Below are positions 9,034 to 19,105 of a stretch of DNA of 40,021 nt, in pieces. The notes beneath the pieces were generated by a model that searched no databases, was not told where the DNA came from, and saw only the letters and a program-made list of their open reading frames with translations. Position 1 is the first letter of the stretch. Each line of letters opens with the position of its first letter. The stretch comes from Bacteroidota bacterium (GTDB lineage: Bacteria; Bacteroidota; Bacteroidia; Chitinophagales; Chitinophagaceae), in the NCBI GenBank assembly GCA_039796395.1, contig JBDKJW010000001.1:1-40021 (forward strand), given 5' to 3'. The translations under genes and the position numbers were made by a program.

Positions 9034-9885
9034 CTAAGTACCTACCAATTCACCCACTGCCTGATTTAAAAAGTTTGGCAGTATATGGTTATAGGTCCAC
9101 ATAATTTTGTCTGGATCTTGTAACTGTTCTACCATGCTTGCCCATTTTTCTTCACCATGGTTTGCAATTACCGTTTTCTTTTTGTCGGCTCGCTGTAAAT
9201 ACATACCCATGCCAACCGCATCTGCTTCGGGATGGAACTGTGTGCCCAAAAAATATTCAGTAAAGCGAATACTCATAATGGCTCTTTCATAGGGAACATG
9301 GGGTCTATCTTTTTCAATAGCTAAAATAGTACCGCCATTGGAATTGATTTTATCAGTATCGGGTGCAATCACTTGGAAGTCTCTACTATCTACGGCATAA
9401 AAAGGATCGCGTAAACCATCGAATACGGGCTCGTTTTTTCCTTCTTCCAACATATGAATTGGAAATACGCCAAATGCAGTAGAAACCCTTTTACATACTT
9501 TGCCAATGTTGAAATAGCGTGCTGCTAATTGAAAACTATGGCAAATAAAGAAAACATGTTTCTTCGGAAAATGCTGTGTATTGGCATTCCATTCTTCAAC
9601 CGAACGAATCCAATTAAAGTATTTTTCTTCCCACTCAGTGCCCTCACTTTCTAAAGGAGAGCCTGGCCCACCACTAGATATATAAATGTCGAAATCAAGT
9701 GATGGTAAAGCTATATTTAATCTTACATCAAATTCTTCATAAACAACGTCTAATGCAAAACTCTCACCCCATTGGTTTATAATTTCTCTAATACAACGCA
9801 TACCCTGATTGGGCTGCCCTTCATATAAATCGAGAATGGCTACTTTTACGCTTCTATTATCTGAATAACGCATCGCTGCAAACAT
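9034..9885 (-). CDS. Class I glutamine amidotransferase-like protein
   Basis: SSGGPGSP, nucleophile elbow ICHSFQ, and QFHPE His-Glu pair. Confidence 0.85.
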   Translation of the reverse strand: MFAAMRYSDNRSVKVAILDLYEGQPNQGMRCIREIINQWGESFALDVVYEEFDVRLNIALPSLDFDIYISSGGPGSPLESEGTEWEEKYFNWIRSVEEWNANTQHFPKKHVFFICHSFQLAARYFNIGKVCKRVSTAFGVFPIHMLEEGKNEPVFDGLRDPFYAVDSRDFQVIAPDTDKINSNGGTILAIEKDRPHVPYERAIMSIRFTEYFLGTQFHPEADAVGMGMYLQRADKKKTVIANHGEEKWASMVEQLQDPDKIMWTYNHILPNFLNQAVGELVGT

Positions 9886-9938
9886 AATGGATTTTTGCTA
9901 GGCTTAAGCCTATGCAATGCACGTTTTTATAACATTTG

Positions 9939-11063
9939 CTACAAGTAGCTTAGGTTGGTTTTGGGGCTTAGTGTTAATAGGGTTTCATACATTAAGCGGA
10001 TGGTATTATTGATATCATTTTTATGCAACATTTCTACAGTGGTATGCATATACCTTAGTGGAATGGAAATTAATACAGACGGACAACCATCATTTGCATA
10101 GGCAAAACTATCCGTATCAGTACCCGTACTACGGCTTAAAGTGCGCATCTGAACAGGGATTTTATTTTTTTCCGCTGTATCTTCTACTATTTTCAATAGT
10201 TTATTATGAATGGCTGGTGCATACGCTAAAGATGGCCCTTTGCCGCATTGGATATCGCCCTCAATAATTTTACTAATCATCGGTGTATTGGTATCATGTG
10301 TTACATCCGTGATAATCGCAATATTAGGCTTTATTCTCCGCGCAATCATTTCAGCACCGCGCAATCCAATTTCCTCTTGAACTGCATTTACCACATATAA
10401 ACCAAAGGGCAATTTCTTTTTATTTTCTTTTAATAAACGAGCAACTTCTGCAATCATAAAACCCCCAACCCGGTTATCAAAAGCTCTACCGATTAAAAAA
10501 TCGTAAGCCAATTCTTCATAACCTTCTTCGTAGGTTACAACTGAGCCAATATGAATACCTAATGCTTCTACTTCTTTTTTTGATCTCGCTCCACAATCCA
10601 AACAAAGGTTTTCGATTTTTGGATTTGGCTCTTTTTGTTCAGGATTGCTTAAGCGGGTATGAATTGCGGGCCAGCCAAATACGGCTTTAACAGCTCCTTT
10701 TTTGCCATGTATCCATACTCTTTTGGCAGGCGCAATTTGATGATCAACACCACCATTTCTTTTTAAATAAATGAGGCCCTGATCATTGATATAATTTACA
10801 AACCAACTTATTTCATCTGCATGTGCTTCAATTACAATTTTAAAAGAGGCATCGGGGTTAATAACCCCAACAGCCGTACCATAGGGGTCTGTAAAAATAG
10901 TATCTACATAGGGTTTAATATAGTTGAGCCATAATTTTTGTCCGCCACTCTCAAACCCAACAGGAGAAGGGGTATTGATATATTCTTTCAGAAACTGCAT
11001 AGAAGCAGCAGTTGTTACTTGTTTAGCGGTGTTTTTTGTATTTGATTTTTTGGTAGTAGCCAT
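9939..11063 (-). CDS. M42 family metallo-aminopeptidase
   Basis: PSPVGFE, AHADEI, AFDNRVG, QEEIGLRGA, TDVTH and RYMHT. Start placed at MATTKK (11063). Confidence 0.92.
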   Translation of the reverse strand: MATTKKSNTKNTAKQVTTAASMQFLKEYINTPSPVGFESGGQKLWLNYIKPYVDTIFTDPYGTAVGVINPDASFKIVIEAHADEISWFVNYINDQGLIYLKRNGGVDHQIAPAKRVWIHGKKGAVKAVFGWPAIHTRLSNPEQKEPNPKIENLCLDCGARSKKEVEALGIHIGSVVTYEEGYEELAYDFLIGRAFDNRVGGFMIAEVARLLKENKKKLPFGLYVVNAVQEEIGLRGAEMIARRIKPNIAIITDVTHDTNTPMISKIIEGDIQCGKGPSLAYAPAIHNKLLKIVEDTAEKNKIPVQMRTLSRSTGTDTDSFAYANDGCPSVLISIPLRYMHTTVEMLHKNDINNTIRLMYETLLTLSPKTNLSYL

Positions 11064-11073
11064 AATTAATATT

Positions 11074-11985
11074 TTAAAATATTGAACCTGCAATCCCGCA
11101 TAGTGCTTTGATTAACATAAGTCCGTCAATTACTGCAAGATAATAGAGAATTGATTTACGACGATGCATTGACCATGCAACAATTATTAACAATACAAAA
11201 GGGATGGTGTTAAATATAATGCTACTGAGGTAAAAACCTTTTGTGTATGCTGCAAGTAATAAGAAAAAATGAGCTAAAAAAGTAATAGGTATTACGATAC
11301 GAAATATTGTTTTGCGTAAGCCATATTGTACCACCCAAGTTTTGAGCGCTTGATTAGCATCTGAGGCATAGTCTTTTATATCAAATAAAATGCATAGAAC
11401 ACTTATGTATAACCAGTTTTTTAGAAAAAGAAATAAGGTAATCCAAGCATATGTTTTACTTGTATTATTGGTTAAATCGTAAAAAATAACCGGGGCAAAT
11501 GATACACATACTGTCCAAGCAAAACCAATAACCAATGGCTTTAACCAACCTTTATTACGTAAGCTAATAGCAGATTTGCCCGGATGCCAGCCACCATAAT
11601 AGAGTGCTATTGCAGTTGCTGAGAGAAAAAGTAATATCCATGTTTGGATGGGGAGGTATTTAAAATTAGGTTGCAATGCATACAGGAAATATAATAACAG
11701 ACTTCCACAAATAACGGTTAACAAAATTTGGGAGCGGATAAGCAATATTTTATGCAGATGATGCCAATTACTCCTTGCATCATTTGGTATGGGGGCATTA
11801 TTAGAATGCACATATGCATGAGTATAAAATAAAACCGTTGCACAAAATATAAGCACATAAAATGAGGTACTACTCAATGGCAAAGCTTGTTGGAATGCTG
11901 TTTCAATGGCAAGTAAAACCGCACAAATGCCATAAAAATAGTTGCCATAAAAGACAAATCTTGTACTATTAAACCAAAAGGTCAT
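11074..11985 (-). CDS. UbiA prenyltransferase-like integral membrane protein
   Basis: Multiple hydrophobic helices with LRNKGWLKP and FDIKDYASD motifs. The first Asp-rich motif is not evident. Confidence 0.6.
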   Translation of the reverse strand: MTFWFNSTRFVFYGNYFYGICAVLLAIETAFQQALPLSSTSFYVLIFCATVLFYTHAYVHSNNAPIPNDARSNWHHLHKILLIRSQILLTVICGSLLLYFLYALQPNFKYLPIQTWILLFLSATAIALYYGGWHPGKSAISLRNKGWLKPLVIGFAWTVCVSFAPVIFYDLTNNTSKTYAWITLFLFLKNWLYISVLCILFDIKDYASDANQALKTWVVQYGLRKTIFRIVIPITFLAHFFLLLAAYTKGFYLSSIIFNTIPFVLLIIVAWSMHRRKSILYYLAVIDGLMLIKALCGIAGSIF

Positions 11986-12437
11986 TATCTGATTAAAATG
12001 ATATCGGGTGAAGTGATTGTATCACTTCTATTCTGTGCTCTATCTTTCATCCAAAAACGGAAAAAAGAAGTATCGTTCCTATTTGTACATCCCACAATGG
12101 ATTGTATACCTGTAACATTGGCATTATATACAAAACTTATCTCTAGAATACCCTTTAAGTTTGGGGTTGGGTTAAAATTGGGAATTTTATTTTTACTAAT
12201 AAATTGTACGCCTGGGGTAGTTGGACAAGTTCTGGATATTTTTTGTACCCATAGCGTATCCTGTATATCACCCTCTTTATCAGTAAATTCTAATTCAAAT
12301 TTGATAATTTGACCCTGTACAAGCGAATTTCCTTTTAAAGGAAGAAGGCTAATCTGAGGTTTTGTTGTGTAGGTTGTTTTTTTACAGCCATAAAAAAACA
12401 ACGGTATTGCTATCAGTATTAATATTTTTGTTCTCAT
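11985..12437 (-). CDS. Hypothetical lipoprotein
   Basis: Signal peptide with FYG-C lipobox followed by KK. Its stop overlaps the next start. Confidence 0.75.
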   Translation of the reverse strand: MRTKILILIAIPLFFYGCKKTTYTTKPQISLLPLKGNSLVQGQIIKFELEFTDKEGDIQDTLWVQKISRTCPTTPGVQFISKNKIPNFNPTPNLKGILEISFVYNANVTGIQSIVGCTNRNDTSFFRFWMKDRAQNRSDTITSPDIILIR

Positions 12438-12454
12438 TAACCTTGCTTTCTATT

Positions 12455-12462
12455 CAAAAATA
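12455..12462 (-). promoter_or_regulatory. Bacteroidota -7 promoter element for the minus-strand gene run
   Basis: TATTTTTG on the minus strand, 17 nt before the ATG at 12437. Confidence 0.5.
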
Positions 12463-12486
12463 AACAAAACTCAACAAACTGCGAAA

Positions 12487-13461
12487 GTGGCTTTCAATTA
12501 CCTTAATAAACTACTCGGGCTCCAATCTGCCGATTTTTACACACTAGCCATTGAGCTATATAAGTATCAATTGGCAAATAATGCGGTTTATAGGTCGTGG
12601 GCGCAATTAATGCCCGCTTTCGATGGTCAGCGTATTACATCCATCCCAGCTTTGCCTGTATCTTTCTTTAAAACCCACAAAGTGCTTACTGGCCATTTTG
12701 AACCCGCCATTATATTTGAGAGTAGTGGCACTACCGGTATGGTAAATAGTAGGCATTATGTTAAAGATTTGAGTATATATGAAACAAGTTTCATAAAGGG
12801 ATTTGAGCATTTTTATGGTCATATTACTGATTGGTGTGTATTGGCATTATTGCCTGCCTATTTAGAAAGAGAGGGTTCATCGTTGGTGTATATGGCCAAC
12901 CATTTAATTAAGGCTTCGGGCCATCCACAAAGTGGATTTTATTTGTATAATCAGACAGATTTAGCAACCGTTTTGGCTTCTTTAGAAGCTGCGGCTCAAC
13001 CTACTATACTAATTGGTGTAACTTTTGCCTTACTCGATTTTGCAGCTAATTATCCGCAAACATTAAAACATACATTGGTATTAGAAACTGGCGGAATGAA
13101 GGGTAGGGGTAAAGAACTAGTTCGAAAAGAACTCCATGAAAAACTAAAAATTGGTTTTGGCCAAGAGGCAATACATGGAGAGTATGGTATGACGGAGATG
13201 TTGAGCCAGGCTTATGCAAAGGGAGGTGGTAAATATTATTGCTCACCGTATATGAAAGTATTAGTTAGAGGAGAAGATGATCCCTTTGATGTAAGAGAAG
13301 TAGGAGAGGGACTTTTACAAATCATTGATTTGGCAAATGTGCATAGTTGTTCATTTATAGCTACGCAAGATATGGGTAAGGTTTATGCAGATGGGAGTTT
13401 TGAAATTTATGGTAGAGTAGATCATGCCGATTTACGTGGTTGTAGCTTATTGGTAGTTTAG
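12487..13461 (+). CDS. LuxE/PaaK-like acyl-protein synthetase (acyl transferase)
   Basis: FESSGTTG, ETGGMKGR, EYGMTE and RGCS motifs. GTG start is uncertain. Confidence 0.85.
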   Translation: MAFNYLNKLLGLQSADFYTLAIELYKYQLANNAVYRSWAQLMPAFDGQRITSIPALPVSFFKTHKVLTGHFEPAIIFESSGTTGMVNSRHYVKDLSIYETSFIKGFEHFYGHITDWCVLALLPAYLEREGSSLVYMANHLIKASGHPQSGFYLYNQTDLATVLASLEAAAQPTILIGVTFALLDFAANYPQTLKHTLVLETGGMKGRGKELVRKELHEKLKIGFGQEAIHGEYGMTEMLSQAYAKGGGKYYCSPYMKVLVRGEDDPFDVREVGEGLLQIIDLANVHSCSFIATQDMGKVYADGSFEIYGRVDHADLRGCSLLVV

Positions 13462-13586
13462 AATGTGCACAAAAGGATTAGATTTATTATTAGTATTTCA
13501 ACTCAGCAGAAGTAACACAATCAATTTATGTAAATGCCAAGCATAATGCGAAGAGATTATATTTGCTAATCTTTAATACCATAGCA

Positions 13587-14213
13587 ATGCAAAAGGAATT
13601 GCAAGAACTTTTTCCTCATCTTGAAGATGAGCTGTATAGTGAATTAATCAAGTATGGAGAGGTTAAAGAAGTAAATGCTGGAACTACCATGCTTAAGATC
13701 GGACAAACAATACGCGCTACCATGCTGGTGCTAAATGGTGTTGTTAAATTGTATCAAGAAGATGAAGAAGGCAATGAATTTTTTATTTATCATATTCAAC
13801 CTGGTCAAGCCTGTGCTGTATCTATGGTGTGCACTTACCAAGCAGAGCAAAGCCAGGTGATGGCTAAGGCACTTACAGATGTAACTATACTTTCGGTTCC
13901 GCTTCAATATATGGATAAATGGTTAAGTCAGTACAAAAGTTGGCATTATTTTGTTATTAAAACATACCGCGCCCGCTACGAAGAGTTATTGAGAACTGTA
14001 AACGAAATTGCATTTAAGAATATGGATGAAAGATTGGAGTTCTATCTGAAAAGTCAAGTAAAGCAACTAGGCAATATAGTGAAGCTTACCCATCAAGATA
14101 TAGCAACAGATCTCAACTCGTCTCGAGAAGTAATTAGTAGGTTGATGAAAAAAATGGAAAGAAATGGATGGATTATTATTCATCGTAATTCTTTTGAGTG
14201 GATTAAAGAATAG
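13587..14213 (+). CDS. Crp/Fnr family transcriptional regulator
   Basis: cNMP-binding-like barrel containing ACAVSMVC, and HTH THQDIATDLNSSREVISRLMKK. TATATTTG at 13558-13565 lies upstream. Confidence 0.93.
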   Translation: MQKELQELFPHLEDELYSELIKYGEVKEVNAGTTMLKIGQTIRATMLVLNGVVKLYQEDEEGNEFFIYHIQPGQACAVSMVCTYQAEQSQVMAKALTDVTILSVPLQYMDKWLSQYKSWHYFVIKTYRARYEELLRTVNEIAFKNMDERLEFYLKSQVKQLGNIVKLTHQDIATDLNSSREVISRLMKKMERNGWIIIHRNSFEWIKE

Positions 14214-14262
14214 TGCTTTTAATGTATTAGCATTCATGAACCTATTTGAAGGGTAGATGCTA

Positions 14263-14278
14263 AGTAACCTTAATCACA
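14263..14278 (+). promoter_or_regulatory. Candidate Crp/Fnr-type binding site upstream of the sulfur operon
   Basis: AGTAA-N6-TCACA compared with CRP TGTGA-N6-TCACA. It lies about 20 nt before a -7-like CATCTTTG. Confidence 0.55.
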
Positions 14279-14326
14279 GATAGAACTATAACTAGCTATC
14301 ATCTTTGCAAAATAAATTAGCGAAGT

Positions 14327-15136
14327 ATGGAAGTAGTTGGTTATTTAGCATCTTTGGTTATTGGGATATCTCTTGGCCTTATTGGCGGTGGCGGTTCTAT
14401 TCTAACGGTACCTGTTTTAGTATACTTATTTGGGGTGCAGCCCGTTTTAGCAACTGCGTATTCATTATTTATTGTAGGAGCTACAAGTTTAGTTGGCAGT
14501 TTACCTAAATATAAAAACGGAGAAATTAGCCTTAAAACAGCGCTTATTTTTGGTATTCCTTCGATTGTTGCAGTGTATGCAACAAGAGCATTTATTGTTC
14601 CTGCAATTCCTACAAGCTTATTTACAATTGGAAATTTTGCAGTAACAAAGCCTCTTTTGATGATGCTGCTGTTTGCTGTGTTAATGGTATTCGCATCTAT
14701 TTCTATGATAAAAAATAGCGAGAAACCAAGTGATGATACACATAGCGAGCAAAAATTTAATTATCCATTAATTCTTATAGAAGGTGCTATTGTTGGTGTG
14801 CTTACGGGCCTTGTTGGTGCGGGGGGCGGTTTTCTAATTATCCCAGCACTGGTACTCTTAAGTAAATTGCCCATAAAAGAAGCCATCGGAACTTCATTGC
14901 TGATTATTGCGGCAAAGTCGCTCATTGGGTTTACTGGCGATTTGGGAAATACACAAATGGATTGGGGCTTATTATTATCAATTACTTCCTTGGCAATTGT
15001 AGGAATATTTGTAGGCAATATATTTAGTAAAAAAGTACCTGCCGATCGTTTGAAGAAAGGATTTGGATGGTTTGTTTTGATAATGGGGATCTATATAATT
15101 ATTAAAGAGATTTTCTTTTCTACGGTTGCGCGCTAA
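14327..15136 (+). CDS. TauE/SafE (TSUP) family sulfite exporter
   Basis: GLIGGGGSILTVP and GLVGAGGGFLIIPAL internal repeats in a polytopic membrane protein. Confidence 0.93.
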   Translation: MEVVGYLASLVIGISLGLIGGGGSILTVPVLVYLFGVQPVLATAYSLFIVGATSLVGSLPKYKNGEISLKTALIFGIPSIVAVYATRAFIVPAIPTSLFTIGNFAVTKPLLMMLLFAVLMVFASISMIKNSEKPSDDTHSEQKFNYPLILIEGAIVGVLTGLVGAGGGFLIIPALVLLSKLPIKEAIGTSLLIIAAKSLIGFTGDLGNTQMDWGLLLSITSLAIVGIFVGNIFSKKVPADRLKKGFGWFVLIMGIYIIIKEIFFSTVAR

Positions 15137-15210
15137 ATAATTCTTACCATACTCAGGAGTATAAAATTTAAAAAACTGAAATAATTTAATAACAAAATAA
15201 AGTACAAACT

Positions 15211-16611
15211 ATGTTTTTTCAACACATTTATGATAAGTCGCTTGCCCAAGCAAGTTATTTTATTGGCTGCCAGAAAGCGGGTGTAGCTGCTGTAATTGAT
15301 GCTAAAAGAGATGTTGACATCTATATTGAAATAGCCAAGCAGCAGCATATGAAAATTACACATATTCTCGAAACGCATATACATGCCGATTTTTTATCCG
15401 GATCACGTGAATTAGCCCATTTAACAGGAGCAGAAATGTATCTTTCAGCAGAAGGTGGTGCTGGTTGGGAGTATGAATTTCAACATAAAGGCGTTAAGGA
15501 TGGTGATATACTGAAAGTAGGAAATCTCAAGTTTGAGGTACTGCATACCCCAGGACATACACCTGAAAGTATTAGTTTTCTTTTAACCGATACACCGGCA
15601 ATTGATGAGCCTGTAATGCTATTTACTGGCGATTTTGTTTTTGTGGGAGATATTGGAAGACCCGATTTATTAGAAAAAGCGGCCGGGTTGAAAGGAACTC
15701 AAGATAAAGGGGCACATCAAATGTTTAATTCTCTTAAAAAATTCAATGCCCTGTCTGATTATATTCAGGTTTGGCCAGGCCATGGTGCTGGTTCCGCATG
15801 TGGGAAAGCATTAGGTGCTGTACCAAGTACAACAGTAGGGTATGAAAAAGCTAGGAACTGGGCTTTTCAATATGAAAATAATGAAGATGATTTTGTAAAA
15901 TATTTACTGACAGATCAGCCTGAGCCCCCTAAATATTTTGCCATGATGAAGAAACTAAATAAAGAAGATAGGCCATTACTTACCGGAGTGCCTAAGTTGC
16001 AAAAATTGAATAATGAAGCATTGAAAAATGCCTTGAAAAATGGGATTAAACTAATTGATACAAGGAATAAAATTGAGTTTGCAAGAGGGTTTATTCCAGA
16101 AAGCATAAATATTCAAGGGAATACTTCATTTGCTACATGGGCAGGGTGGTTTCTTACTTATGAAGAACCGTTTATTTTGTTAGCTGATGAAACTCAACTG
16201 GATGATCTTACAAGAAAATTAATGAGAATTGGTCTTGATAATATTTATGGTTATATCGCTTCTACTACAGAATGGGAACAAGCCGGAGGTGCATTAAATA
16301 AAGCGAATGTAATTTCCTTAGCTGAGTTTAAATCGATACATAAAAAAAATGAAATTCAGATTGTTGATTTGCGTGGCGTGGCTGAGTTTAACAGTGGGCA
16401 TATTGAGGGTGCAGACAATGTGTTTGTAGGAACAATACTCAGTAATTTGGATAACATCAGCAAGGATAGAAATGTTATCATCCATTGTCAAAGTGGTGAT
16501 AGAGCAGCAATTGCTTATTCCTTATTGATAAAAAATGGGTTTAAAAATATTCTGAATTATTCTGCTGGAATGAGTGAATGGGTAAATGAAGGAAACCCAG
16601 TTATATCGTAG
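15211..16611 (+). CDS. Persulfide dioxygenase-rhodanese fusion (CstB-like MBL-fold protein)
   Basis: ETHIHADF, TPGHTPES, FTGDFVFVGDIGRPDL and GHGAGSACGK, followed by two rhodanese domains. The first lacks the loop Cys; the second has HCQSGDR. Confidence 0.9.
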   Translation: MFFQHIYDKSLAQASYFIGCQKAGVAAVIDAKRDVDIYIEIAKQQHMKITHILETHIHADFLSGSRELAHLTGAEMYLSAEGGAGWEYEFQHKGVKDGDILKVGNLKFEVLHTPGHTPESISFLLTDTPAIDEPVMLFTGDFVFVGDIGRPDLLEKAAGLKGTQDKGAHQMFNSLKKFNALSDYIQVWPGHGAGSACGKALGAVPSTTVGYEKARNWAFQYENNEDDFVKYLLTDQPEPPKYFAMMKKLNKEDRPLLTGVPKLQKLNNEALKNALKNGIKLIDTRNKIEFARGFIPESINIQGNTSFATWAGWFLTYEEPFILLADETQLDDLTRKLMRIGLDNIYGYIASTTEWEQAGGALNKANVISLAEFKSIHKKNEIQIVDLRGVAEFNSGHIEGADNVFVGTILSNLDNISKDRNVIIHCQSGDRAAIAYSLLIKNGFKNILNYSAGMSEWVNEGNPVIS

Positions 16612-16744
16612 TGGATATTGTGTTTGCGCTGTATCATTTTGCAAGTTCAATGGAGCTTATGTCATTTATGGATACTGATGAGCATACCATGTTTTCGTTT
16701 AGATTTCAATACATAAAAAAAATTATTCATTAAAAATCTTGGCT

Positions 16745-17047
16745 ATGAAACTTGAAGACATAATAAAGAATCCCACCACAAAATTTGTTGATGTACGAAC
16801 AATTATGGAATTTAATTCAGGGCATATTGATGGGGCAATAAATATTCCGCTCGACCAATTTCAACACCGGTACACTGAGATTTCAGAATTGGGTAATAGC
16901 TCTATTGTTTTTTACTGCCGTAGTGGTAATAGAAGTGGTCAAGCTGTTGCATACTTGCACCAGTTGGGCATAAAAAATATATACAATGGCGGCGGGCTTG
17001 CAGATGTGCAAGGTTATATGAATAGTAGAACAGGAACGATAAAATAA
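16745..17047 (+). CDS. Single-domain rhodanese sulfurtransferase
   Basis: VDVRT..EF..GHIDGAINIP and YCRSGNRS active loop. Confidence 0.92.
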   Translation: MKLEDIIKNPTTKFVDVRTIMEFNSGHIDGAINIPLDQFQHRYTEISELGNSSIVFYCRSGNRSGQAVAYLHQLGIKNIYNGGGLADVQGYMNSRTGTIK

Positions 17048-17051
17048 GAAA

Positions 17052-18473
17052 ATGAAGAAAATTTTAATACTAGTAGTTCTTTTGAAAACTGGTAATATTG
17101 CTTTTTCGCAGTATCAAAAAATTCCTGAAAAGCCGTTACTGTGGAAAGGAAAAGAAAATCTGGCCGAGGATACAACATCTCTGTTGTATGCCTTTAAAAA
17201 AGGACAAGTGCATGGTCATTTCAGGTATTTTTTTATGGCAACGGATAATAAGATTGGGCTAACAGATTATTATGCGAATGCTATTGGGGGCGGTATTAAA
17301 TATGAAACAGCTAAAATGAAAGGCTTTCAGTTTGGCGCAAGTGGTTTTTTTATTTTCAATATTGGTTCATCTGATTTAACATATCCCGATCCAAAAACAA
17401 ATCAGATGAGTAGGTATGAGTTGGGCTTGTTTGATATAGCAGACCCAGCGAATAAAAATGACATGAATAGGCTTGAAGAATTGTATTTAAAGTATAGTTG
17501 GAAGCAGTCGCATATAACATTTGGGAAACAGCTAATCAACACCCCATTCATTCATTTGCAGGATGGTCGTATGCGACCTACAGAGATTGGAGGTGTTTAT
17601 GTAGTGATTAATGATGTTAAAAATACAAAAATAGAAGGTGGATATTTGTATGAAATATCTCCAAGAAGTACTGTAAAATGGTATACAATAGCAGAATCAA
17701 TTGGCGTATATCCACAGGGGTTAAATGCCGACGGGAGTAAATCTAACTATCATGGAAATGTAAATAGCAAGGGCATTTTAATGGCAGGAATTACACATCA
17801 ATTTAAAAATGGTTTCTTAGGTGAAATAAGTAATGTGTTCGTTGAAAATATTTTTAATTCATCATTATTGCAAGCGCAGTTTGTACATGAAGTAAAAGAA
17901 AGTAGTAACATTTTAATCGGATTTCAATATGTTAGGCAGGATGCTATTCGGGATGGGGGTAATGAAGATGTAGCAAAAACATATGTCAATAAAGCTAGTA
18001 TGTCGCAATCATGGGGAGCTAAAATAGGCGTATCAACAAATTTTTTTGACGCTTCTATTAACTATAACCGTATAACAGCCGATGGGCGATATCTGATGCC
18101 CAGGGAGTGGGGGCGTGATCCATTTTTCACTTTTCTGCCAAGAGAACGCAATGAGGGATTGGGAGATGTACGTGCATACGTAATAAAAGCCGGATATACG
18201 TTTCATGAACTTAACTTAAAAGTTCAGTCTGGAATGGGTTACCATGATTTACCAAGTGTAAAAAATTATAGATTAAATAAATATGGGATGCCTTCTTATT
18301 ATCAGTTTAATGTAGATGCCAGGTATATCTTTAATGGGTTTCTTAATGGCTTAGAAACTGAATTATTATTTGTATATAAAGGAAAAGCCACAAGAGAAGC
18401 TATTGATGATAAGCATATAATTAATAGAGTTGATATGCTTTCGTGGAATCTGATTTTTAATTATCACTTTTGA
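17052..18473 (+). CDS. Outer membrane beta-barrel, OprD-like porin
   Basis: Signal peptide, amphipathic strands, LEELYLKY..GKQLINTPF and a C-terminal FNYHF. Confidence 0.7.
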   Translation: MKKILILVVLLKTGNIAFSQYQKIPEKPLLWKGKENLAEDTTSLLYAFKKGQVHGHFRYFFMATDNKIGLTDYYANAIGGGIKYETAKMKGFQFGASGFFIFNIGSSDLTYPDPKTNQMSRYELGLFDIADPANKNDMNRLEELYLKYSWKQSHITFGKQLINTPFIHLQDGRMRPTEIGGVYVVINDVKNTKIEGGYLYEISPRSTVKWYTIAESIGVYPQGLNADGSKSNYHGNVNSKGILMAGITHQFKNGFLGEISNVFVENIFNSSLLQAQFVHEVKESSNILIGFQYVRQDAIRDGGNEDVAKTYVNKASMSQSWGAKIGVSTNFFDASINYNRITADGRYLMPREWGRDPFFTFLPRERNEGLGDVRAYVIKAGYTFHELNLKVQSGMGYHDLPSVKNYRLNKYGMPSYYQFNVDARYIFNGFLNGLETELLFVYKGKATREAIDDKHIINRVDMLSWNLIFNYHF

Positions 18474-18507
18474 ACTCATTTTTTTGAAACTTTAAAACAA
18501 TAGAATC

Positions 18508-19071
18508 ATGTTAGAAACAGTAAAACAACCTTGGCCTTGGTATGTGGCGGGTATACTCATTGGGCTCATAGTTCCTATACTACTTCTCTTAGGGAATAAG
18601 CATTTCGGCATATCCGCAAATTTGCGTCATATATGTGCAGCGTGTTTCCCTGCAGATATTAAATTTTTCAAGTATGATTGGAAGAAAGAAGCTTGGAATT
18701 TCTTTTTTGTAACCGGAATTTTAATAGGTGCAGTTATTGCATCCCAATTATTAGCCAACCCAAATCCTATTGTAATTAATCCTGAATTAGCTTCTGAGTT
18801 AGCAAGCTATGGTATTACGGATAATACAAGCGTGTTGCCAACTGAGCTTTTTTCAATTGAAAGTTTGTTTACACTTCGAGGCTTTATAATGCTTATTGTG
18901 GGCGGTTTTTTAGTAGGGTTTGGCACAAGATATGCAGGCGGGTGTACATCGGGTCATGCCATTATGGGGTTAAGTGATTTACAATGGCCCTCATTAGTAG
19001 CAACCATCATGTTTATGATCGGTGGGTTTTTGATGGCAAATATTATTCTCCCATTTATTCTTCGCTTATAA
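18508..19071 (+). CDS. YeeE/YedE sulfur transporter family protein (first subunit)
   Basis: PWPWYVAG, FGIS and GFGTRYAGGCTSGH. Confidence 0.92.
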   Translation: MLETVKQPWPWYVAGILIGLIVPILLLLGNKHFGISANLRHICAACFPADIKFFKYDWKKEAWNFFFVTGILIGAVIASQLLANPNPIVINPELASELASYGITDNTSVLPTELFSIESLFTLRGFIMLIVGGFLVGFGTRYAGGCTSGHAIMGLSDLQWPSLVATIMFMIGGFLMANIILPFILRL

Positions 19072-19105
19072 CACAATTTAATCATTACAAGCTAATAAAA
19101 TAAAT

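Noticed and set aside
12487-13461. Bioluminescence system
   Set aside because: Only a LuxE-like gene is present, with no luxA/luxB/luxD. Such genes are common in non-luminous Bacteroidota.
16612-16744. Gene remnant between the PDO and rhodanese genes
   Set aside because: None of the three forward frames gives a recognisable motif.
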